Below are positions 54,016-64,000 of a stretch of 64,000 nucleotides of DNA, in pieces; the first letter of the stretch is position 1; every line of letters begins with the position of its first letter. The translations under genes were made by a program, and so were the position numbers. The notes beneath the pieces were generated by a model. That model had not been told where the DNA came from. It was given only the letters and a program-made list of their open reading frames with translations, and did no database searches. The stretch is taken from the NCBI GenBank assembly GCA_951406725.2, contig OX597819.1:59086001-59150000 (forward strand), read 5' to 3'. Source of the DNA: Octopus vulgaris (taxonomy: Eukaryota).

Positions 54016-54559
54016 CAGGAACAAATATCTTTAGCAATATTCTCCTGCAATGAATTTCCCCATTTCCTCCAGAAAGATGTCATTTATAAAGCTACAGTGC
54101 AGACAAGGACTGTTTTCTTTTTTCTTTGGTTATTCACCATACATTACAATAGCCATTATCGTATGCTGGCGGAATACATTAGTTAAATTTGCCTCATGTT
54201 TCTATCATTCTCTTACTTCATTTACATTATTCAGTGCGTACATTTTCTGAAACTTCTCATGAAAATATACTGCAACATAGGAAGTCATTAATCAGAGAAG
54301 CCTACTAAAAGAAAATGTTGAGATTAAATTGTAACTCATGAACACTAAATAAAACAATATTTCATTTCTTTCTTTTTCTTAATACTTGTTCAAAGGGAGT
54401 GGGGAACACTGTCAATAACTGCATCAAGCTGTTACAAATTGGTATGGTTAGAGGGGTTGATGCTCAGCTTAAACTTCTGTAAGTTGCTGACTTAAAGAAA
54501 AAAAAGTGGATTAGGTAGAAATTACAGTATTATGGGGTAGAACTATTGAGCAAAGTATT

Positions 54560-55130
54560 TCGTGTGAAATTAGATAGAGACATACACAGTAAGGAAGATG
54601 AGTGTACAAGAGAAGATGCAGTGAATGGGTTTTGAATAGACGTGATCTGCAACTTGTGAGTTCAAAGGAACAAAAGCCATTATAGTAGTAGTTGAAATGG
54701 GGAGAGGCGGAAGGGGCAGTATGTTAGCGATTGTTAACATGTTGAGTGATGGCAGACTTGGATATTTGTGAGTGTAGCAATACATTCCTATACAGTTGAG
54801 AGTAGTAATATAATATGGGTCATACTCAAGCAGTGTAGAGTTAGCAATTTATCAGCACTGAAATAATTTCTGTCTTTGAAGAGGAAACCAAATTGCTTGC
54901 TCAGAAGCAGATTTATGCATGATATAGACCTATGGTCACCATAATGAGATTGAAAAAAGTAGGTTAAATTTTTAGTAAGTGTGAGGGCTTCGTGTATGTA
55001 CCATTCATGATTAGGAAGTGTGTAGAGTTGTGAGATTGTTTCTTTAACATGTAAAACGATGTCATGCTTTAAAGGACTCTCTTTAAGGAAGACAAGGGAG
55101 GAGTGAGGGTGATATCATCTGCTTAGATAT
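54560..55130 (-). mobile_element. Decayed CR1/L2-type LINE fragment
   Basis: Minus-strand translation gives *ADDITL (RT catalytic YADD remnant), QFGFLFKDRNYFSADKLLTLH and FNYYYNGFCSFELTS in the correct order. Confidence 0.7.
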
Positions 55131-56140
55131 TTAACAGCAAAATCATTAATATACAGCTACAAAAATGTAGACATAACTAAACTTTGAATTACATTGGAGC
55201 TTATAGAATGTGAGCCATTGAAACAAACTGTGGTAGAACTGTTTGACTTAAAACTTCTTGCCTAAGAGTAGAAAACAGATAAAACAGAGCAAGTGGGCTA
55301 GCTTAAACTAAAGAGTGACAATGCTACAAAGTTATGGTCTAACCAAAGTAAGCATTTTTTTTTTTGCAATAAAATGGTTACAATAATGATAATGATGATA
55401 TCCACAAGAAATTTGCATAGAGCAAAACCTACAACTGATTCCATACAAATTTTCATGGGGAGGAGGGAATATTTTTTTTAAAAAATCAAAATTGAGATCA
55501 CATCCCAATAAATTCCTTTCACGAATATAACATTTTTTAAAACTAATTATCATAGATGAGATGCAAAGTTTGATATAGTAGGTGCTAATTGCAACACACT
55601 TGTTTTGAATCTTTTTTTTTTTTCTTTTTACTAGATGCTTATAGAACTTTTGTTTATAGTCGAAGTTGCCAGACAACAGTTTTTCAAACAAGGACAATCA
55701 ACAGTAGACATAGAAACAATGCATAAGTGCTTGTTATAACCTAGATCAACAGAAAACTGACAAGTAGCTGTAAGCAGTGGTTGTTCTGTTAATCAAGTGT
55801 AACAGAATATTGGAGCTCATGAGAAAGGCACATAACTCTACTTGCTTCAGCCTACCTGGTTGGCAACAATTTTTAATCCTATTTCAATGCAGACTAAACA
55901 ACAGCAGTCATACAAGGTATCCAACGATATTTGGGAATCAGAAAAGGCATCTGTCTGCAGAATACTCAAAATGTTTCATCCAGCCCACTGTCAGCATGTA
56001 AAATTAGGCATATAAACATTGACAGGATATATAAACAATTATGAATGAATAAAGAGGGAGACAAGAAAATATTCAGTACTTGGAAATAGAGTTGTATATA
56101 TTTTATTGGAAGCTAAAATTTCATAAGTTATTAACCTGAG

Positions 56141-56171
<31 letters not shown>

Positions 56172-56406
56172 CTGATCTTTGGAGGATTCCATTTATATAA
56201 TAAAATATTATGCATGCATACAGACAAACTTAAAAAGGGTTTGTGAGGTTTTGTTCAAGCCTTATTGAACCTAAGATAATACATTTACAAACACACAATT
56301 TTGTATCCCTGCATTCCTGCTTGCAAACAAAAGCTACGATGGAGTAAAAAGCTTGTTGACAGCAAACCATTCAACCATGAATAGAGGAATTGATGTTTTT
56401 TTGTTT

Positions 56407-56723
56407 GTGAAAATAACTGGAAGAAGTTGAGTCATGTGCCTTGCTCAAAAACACAAAATAAAATGGCTAAAATTAAATTTGAACTCAAGCCATGAGGTTA
56501 ATAACTTTACAGTTATTGTGACTCAATATGTGCATGCGTGTGCATGCACACACACACACACACACACACAGTTTTTTATTGCTCTATCACACATTTTATG
56601 ATCATGTGCAAATGTAAGAGGCAGAAAGTGTAATGGCAATATCCTAGTATAGCTGACAAGCTGGAACAGGTGAGAGAGAGCGCGAGAGAGAGAGTAATAA
56701 CTACTACTTGAAGTGTGTGTGTA

Positions 56724-56776
<53 letters not shown>

Positions 56777-57043
56777 TTATAAAAAGTATTCTAGCAGCAG
56801 ATGTCAATATTACCCAGGTTAATAAATCACACAAAACAATGTCTTTCTGTCTATCCAGGAGCTGTACAAGTGAAAATAACTGGAAGAAGTTGAGTCACAA
56901 TAACTGTAAAGTTATTAACCACATGGCTTGAGTTCAAATTTAATTTTAGCCATTTTGTTTTGTGTTTTTGAGCAAGGCACATGACTCAACTTCTTCCAGT
57001 TATTTTCACTTGTACAGCTCCTGGATAGACAGAAAGACATTGT
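56407..57043. repeat. Nested inverted duplication
   Basis: 56407-56526 is the reverse complement of 56890-57009 (118/120). 56836-56897 is the exact reverse complement of 56982-57043 (62/62). Confidence 0.93.
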
Positions 57044-57939
57044 GATACATATAAAGATTCCTATATAAAAACAAAATATAGGACTACTTCAATACTTTAT
57101 ACCATTGTGGGGTTTACTTCATACAAAACAAAAAACACTTCACCAGTGAATTTATTTAATGTCTCTTTGAACAGACAGAATTTAAATTAACTGGATACCT
57201 AAGAATTAAAATATTTGACAAATTTAATCAAATTCATTAATAAAATAAAATTTGTTTTAAAAAGTCAAAGCAAACATTTCAAAAAGTACTTAAACATAAT
57301 TAAGCATTTCCTAAGGAGAAAAAAAAAGACAAAAATCATAATTAAAACCATACCTTAACACTGAATACTTCACATTACCCTCAGAACTATTCCATATTTA
57401 CAATTATTATTGCATTTCCTGATTCTTCAAATTCTAAGAGGAGACAAAGTTTTCCTTACATGACCATCCATATGCTGACTATTGTTAGGGTTTACCACTT
57501 ATTTTTTTAACCAATCATATCACTTGCTGCTATTTAGTCCTGAACCTTAATTTAACTATAGTCAGAAAGTAAGATGTATTAAGAATTACAGTAGTCTACA
57601 TATACAAACAGCAAACTACATATACACAAAGACAAATACATACCAAGTTACAGATAAAAAGAAAGGAATTACTTCCTACAGATGATCAAATAACAAGATT
57701 CAGTGATGCAATATTACTAACATCGTTTGACAAAACACACTAGAAATATATACATATGCCGACAAAAGTGCACATTTGTTTCAATAAGAGAGCTACATTT
57801 GTCTCTTGTTCCATAACATGACATCCCCATTGATTACCAATCTCCAGGTTGTTCTGTCATTAACAACACTTCCCCTTTCTTGTGTGCAAAATGACACTCG
57901 ACTGCTCTGCTCTTACAGGTGTTTTTTGAACATAGCTTA

Positions 57940-58171
57940 CATTAGGTGTCAAGCGATAGGGGGGGGGACAAACACAGACACACACACATATATATATATA
58001 TATATAAATATACGACAGGCTTCTTTTAGTTTCCATCTACCAAATCCACTCACAAAGCTTTGGTCAGCCCGAGGCTATTGTAGAAGAGGCCCAAGAAGCT
58101 ACACAGTGGAACTGAACACAGAACCACATGACTGGTAAGCAAGCCACTTACCACACAGCCACTCCTGCACC
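57940..58171 (-). mobile_element. tRNA-derived SINE family A, 3'-truncated
   Basis: Head ggtgcaggagtggctgtgtggtaag, body as in the other copies. Confidence 0.85.
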
Positions 58172-60282
58172 TAATATATATATATATATATATAAAACCA
58201 AGAAATGAATAGATAAAGCTAAAAGTTGAAAACAAACAAGAGTGTTTGGGCTATGCTTATAAGCTTCAACATTAATACATACTTTATAGCAGTTTCCATT
58301 TTGTTTGATTTTGTTTTTGTTTTTTTTTATATATAAACACAGAATCAATCAGCTTAGAAAATACATTACACTATGAAGATTATGTTTATAAAAATCTGAT
58401 AAATCAATTCCATAGTAAAAAAAAAAAAAATGACAGTTCAGACTGACACAAATTTTCAACACAAATGAATTTTGGTTGATAGGTCTCCCACTGATATCTG
58501 TATGTCCAACTACTTATAAAAAAGTAGACTGAAAACAAGAGAAAGCAGACATTAAGCAAGAATTTGTAGAATGTTTAACGGAAAACACAAACTCCCTACC
58601 CTCCTTAAGTCAGAACTTGGACTCTGAAATTAAGGTGTTATGTTACTGATTACATGTCATAAGTTCCAGCCTTGCAAGAAGCACTGTGTTTAGTACTTGT
58701 GAAAGGTAGAGTATACTGTTTGTTGCAATTTGCCTAATTATCAGAGAGATACCAAACTTTGTTCAATTTCAGGGGATTATTTATTAAGAAAGCTGAAGGT
58801 GGTGAGCTGGCAGAATTGTTAGCATGCCAGGCAAGATGCTTAGCAACATTTCATCCATCCTTATGTTCTGTGTTCAAACTCTGCCAAGTTCAACTTATCT
58901 GCTTCTATGAAATTGCTGGCCCTGTGCCAAAAGTTGGAACTATTAAGAAAGCTGTATAAAATCTTCATCTAGTAATGGATAAATATCTGAATTTATTAAT
59001 ATCATCTCATTCATGCTGGCAAAGGTAATTTATTCCTTATGCATCTTATAATGATTTTTAAAAAAAACAATGTTCCAAGTAACATCAAACTACTTCACAA
59101 ATCGTAAAATATATTTGCCAACTAAATGTGGTGATCCTATAGAGGATGGTCTTACTATTGTTTTTAGCTCCAGGAAGACATCTCCAGCTGGCCAACAACA
59201 CACCGTCTGTGTCCAATTAGTATTTATGAGGGAGGTCATTGCTCCCATCTCTAGTCTTATGTGATACACACAGACCCAGGTTTTTAGGTGGTTTACAAAT
59301 GTCTGAATTTTGTAATAGAGATAGAAACAAAAGGTTTTCTCTCAGTTCCCTTATTTCATAAAGTGCAGGTGACTACAAGATAATTATTCTTCACCCTGTC
59401 ACAGCTATTAAATAGTACTGGAATGCAAAATACAACGATTTTTGTCTTGGAATATCTGAAAAGAAACTATCACTACAACATAATTCAACAGTTAGCATCA
59501 AGCTGCCAAAACCAAGGGGCCAACTATCGAAAAACAACTATTCAAATTTACTGCACAAAGTCATAACAGCATGGAACAAATATAAACCATTATTAAAAAT
59601 AAAATAAAAAATCTCAATGAACTTTTATTAAAATTCATTTTCATTGCTGTTGCTGTTTTAAATAAATACAATAACCTAAATACAATTAACAAAAATGGTA
59701 AAAATCTAATGTAAAAAAAAATCTATCTTTCATCAAACATAATATGAAATTCAAAGATCTCAAAGCCTCAGACTATGATATAATTAACCAAAGAATTAAT
59801 ATAGCTTCTATGTATCTACTCTACAGCAAGATACCTATGCTTGTCCCTCTATACCTTTAATCTTTCACCTGGCACAAAGCCATCCATGCCTCAACACTAG
59901 CTGAGGAGTTTTGTCTTGCAAGTTGCCTGGTACCCTGTCAGTGCTGGTGCCATGTAAACGATGATGATGATGTAAAGTGGTATGTATTGAATATAGAGTA
60001 TCACAAACTACATTTCCACTTAAATTCTAAATTAATGTCAATGATAATTATGAAAACTCCAATGATCAGTAAAATTGTCAAGTAACTCAGCTTCAGACCA
60101 TTATTGAAAAATAGAAGACACCACCAGAAAAGAAAGATCAATTTCTTCTCTTCTTGGGAGAAAGAATACAATACAAAGAAACAAACTGTTTGAAATGCAC
60201 TTAGCAAATTATTTAATTTTGGAGATGTACTTGTCTGGCAAGAGATTTGATCTGAGATCATTTGTTGGCGCTAAAATAATTA

Positions 60283-60433
60283 CAGCAAGGAAAACACATA
60301 TTAACCATTCAAAAGCTATTAACTTCACTTATTTATTATTTAGTATTAGAATTTGACATCAAATAAAAATTGTTTAAGTGAAGTTAACAGTTTTTGCATG
60401 CCTTTGAATGGTTAATATGAGTGGTCCATGCTG
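60283..60433. mobile_element. Tc1/mariner-type MITE
   Basis: TA|CAGCA...TGCTG|TA, with 31-bp TIRs (4 mismatches) and an inner ttaacttcactta/taagtgaagttaa pair. Confidence 0.8.
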
Positions 60434-62671
60434 TAAATAATTTAATAATTCGGCTAATAAATTAATTCTGGCATTGTTAACTAATCATACCAAAAGTTGA
60501 CTCGATATTTTCATCTTTAAAAGAAATAAAGTTGAAGAGAGGAAAAACACCACCAAAATGTTATACATTAGAGGATTTTTAAATTTTGCCTGTTATTTGC
60601 ATTAGCTTCAACAAAGGAGTAAACCCTATTCCAATACAAAATCTGATCTGGATAAACCTTTGTTCTTAAAAATACAATCATATCTATTTTATTGTTCTTA
60701 TAACCTAAAAGGATATTTTTGTTGTTATGACAAAATTTGAAGAGAGACAGTGACAAAGACCTTTTGTCAAAGGAAAAAATGGGAAAAGAAACCCTGGCTC
60801 ATAGAACCAGTGCATCAAGACATCAAGTTGGTGCAGAGATAAAATTAAATCAGAATATTTGAAGCAGAGTGGGCCCTACATATAACATCTATGGGACAAA
60901 TAGTGGCATTAAACCAGTCAAGAATTAAGTTACCAAGAAGCTTCCATACAGTTTCTGCCTCTCCACTTTCAATCACTAGGATTAACCACATAGCCATGCT
61001 TTATCCTCAAAGATAAGTACCAATTTTTCACCTGTCATCAGATTAGTACATTCATTTTCTTCTAACAGAATTTAGTTACACTACTGTTACTCCAGTTTAT
61101 AAAATAGTTCCACATCTCACACCAAACAACAGTGATTTTTGTCACTCCTTAACATTTCAAATTAAATATCACAAATCTAAATTTTCTTTCTAACATTGTC
61201 TTTACTTGATAATAATCTAACATGTACATTTTCCATATTAAATTTATCTTAATGACAAATTTAAAGAAAATCTTCATTCTAAAAGAACTCAAACCACCTT
61301 CAATCTTTTTTAATGCTCTGCTTTCAATTATCATTTCCTATCTGCTGTAATTCATAAAAGAAAATCACTATTTTATCCCAAATCCCATCCTTTTATCATA
61401 TTTTGTCCAATTATATTTGTCAAATTTCAATTTTACTATTTTCAATTATTCCTATCTTATTATTATTGTTGTTTTAAAGTTGTTTTTAATATTAGCAAAG
61501 GTAGTTGATTTTCAAATTCAGATATAGAACTATGAAATGGAAATGGCATCCAACTTTATTCACACCATTAAACAGTAAAAACTCAAATGTCAAGTATTAT
61601 CTAAAAACTTTGTTCCATTACATTCACTTCTTACAAACAATACAAGCTTAGTACAGAATTAGCAGGCGTTTCTTACAAAAATATTCTTTCATTAGATAAA
61701 CTTAGGCATATAGTATTGCCAAGTTCATGGCAAAATCATAACATTTGTTTAAGTTTACTTCTTATAAAGCAGTTCTGCTTTGTCTCAAAAATTTTTCAGC
61801 CAATCCTGCTACTGTCTACTACTTCAAGATATTTTTCATTCAACAACTGTCATTTTATACACATCTCAGCTTTGTCAGTACAATTACTTCAGTTGCAGAC
61901 ACTACTTAATGCTTCTGACAGCAGAAGTAAAACCTGAATGTGTATGAGTGTATGGAAGGCGCAACTATTAGTAGAAAAATAATACAACTCTAATAAACCA
62001 AAATTTATATAACATTCAATTTACACCCCCCATATATTGCAGCTTCAAGTATCAAAACACAGTGTGTGCTAAGAGGGGAAAACTGTATAAGTTTAATCAA
62101 AAAGATTAATGTGGAAAACTATCTGCATCGTTTACATGTAGATATACTGGCCATAAGTCTACGACAATATCTCTATTCTCCATGAAAATATTAAAAAAAA
62201 GAAACAAGAATAATAGAAAAATAAGTAAAGGAAGATGAGAAAAATAAAAACAATTTCTACCCTTATACAAACAAGAAAGAAGAAATATGATAAGCTGCTA
62301 TGGTTAATTTCTAGCTACTTCTGACACACACAAACATGTTTCAATCCACATACAACTAAATGAGACAGTAGCAACAACAAATGCAAAAAAATAATACAAC
62401 ATAGTGTAGAAAATAAACTTGCTACTTTCTAAACTAACACAATAACAAATAAGTGAGAATAGGTATAAATGAAGACATCGCTAAAGAAATAATACTTATT
62501 TACTATTATATTTTTACCAACAATTACAAAAAGATGGCCATCATTCAAACTAATTAACTGTATATAGGTAGAGCTGAAGAGCTGGTATTTCGTAGATATT
62601 TTTTTTTAGTTCCATCTCAGTAGCAATACAGCAGTGGACCCACTGCTGTTTGCTAGGATAATATATTAAAC

Positions 62672-63035
62672 ATTCTTTTACTTGTTTCAGTCATTTGACT
62701 GCAACCATACTGGAGCACTGCCTTTAGTTGAACAAATCGACCCCAGGACTTATTCTTTGGAAGCCTAGTACTTAGGCTGTCGGTCTCCTTTGCCAAACTG
62801 CTAAGTTACAGGGACATAAACACACCAACATCGGTTGTCAAGCAGAGAGGGGACAAACTCAGACAGACACACACAACGGTCTTCTTTCAGTTTCCGTCTA
62901 CCAACTCCACTCACAAGACTTTGGTCAGCCCAAGGCTATAGCTATAGCACTTGCCCAAGTTGCTATGCAGGGAGACTGAACCCAGAACCATGTGATTGAG
63001 AAAGAAGTTTCTTACCACACAACCACTCCTGCACC
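62672..63035 (-). mobile_element. tRNA-derived SINE family A
   Basis: Collinear similarity to 48792-49198. Confidence 0.9.
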
Positions 63036-63825
63036 TACAAACAAAAAATCTTTAGAAAATAAATACAATACAAACTGCAAGGTTAGTATGGAAATAATAT
63101 TATTTTACCAATATTTTAACCATAATAATTTGACTCTCTAACATTCGAAAAGAGCAAATGTCCTCTCAATGACTAAAAAATATAGCTTATAGATTTTGAC
63201 AATTTAGCATATAAAAAAATTCAGAACCTGAAGTTCTTTGGATTGAAGTTAATGTTTTAAATAACACAAGGCCATAAAAAAAAAAGAAAAAGAAAAACAC
63301 AAAGTAAATTTGTACAAATCGTTACATCTCAAGCTCATAAATGACAGTAAACAGATTTCACAAGAGTAAATCTTTTAATGACAAGGTGAGTAAAACACTT
63401 AAAATTTCTACTCCAATAAACAAGTTAATAAAATTTTGAATCCGAAATGCAAGACAATAAAACTACCTTTTCTTTGAGCCTGTATGTTATCAAAATAAGA
63501 AGAAAAAAATCCACTTGAAAAGACTCATGACATTATCATAGTGTTACAATTTCTGGTTTATAATGCCTGCATGGTAGTTCAATTTCTCAAAGTATTTGAT
63601 GAGTTTAAAGAGCAGGTTAAGCTTAACACATAACAAATACTACTTCTCAGACAATGATAAATTCAACAAATGCCAAATCACTGCCGGCAAAGATTAATCA
63701 ATTATAATCTCTATATTACATAATACCACATAAAATAACAGCTGGGTGAGCAAAGTGAATAGGATGAAATTATATCTTCCTTACATGCCAGCATGAGTTG
63801 GATACTTTTTATGACGCCAACCATT

Positions 63826-64000
63826 TTAACCCTTTTGATAACAACCCAGCTGAAATAGCCTCTGGCTCTGTAGTACAAATGTCTTATTTTCAAAAGTTCT
63901 GAATTAAAATCTTCCACCAAACCTTAGTCAGAATTTATGTTCCTAACACTAGCTGAATAATAACTAAGTTATTTTACTAAATTCTTTGTTATATTTAAAA
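63826..64000. mobile_element. piggyBac-type MITE, runs off the window end
   Basis: ttaacccttttgataacaaccc start; reverse complement of 52170-52345. Confidence 0.8.

Noticed and set aside
62621-62655. Small hairpin tagcaatacagcagtgg/ccactgctgtttgcta
   Set aside because: Too short for a pre-miRNA and has no supporting context.

Overview
AT-rich, CpG-poor, repeat-dense animal genomic DNA. The SINE, RTE and microsatellite landscape resembles an octopod cephalopod (inference). One host gene is supported: the 5' part of a minus-strand NEDD4-family HECT E3 ubiquitin ligase (WWP1/ITCH/Su(dx) type). Four coding exons (13760-13703, 9720-9582, 9419-9295, 8079-7945) splice in frame to encode its C2 domain, and the rest of the gene lies beyond coordinate 1. 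Two candidate upstream exons lie near 43.3-44.0 kb. The remainder is intron or intergenic DNA filled with tRNA-derived SINEs, RTE and CR1/L2 LINE remnants, a mariner pseudogene, piggyBac- and Tc1-type MITEs and simple repeats. Most notable is a set of short non-coding inverted-repeat elements (53.7 kb, 18.5 kb, possibly 3.8 kb) carrying minimal hammerhead-ribozyme motifs in Penelope-like architecture, one fused to a tRNA-derived Pol III head. Also notable are a 5'-inverted RTE LINE and a recent nested inversion-duplication at 56.4-57.0 kb. Repeat boundaries are approximate and were read by eye.
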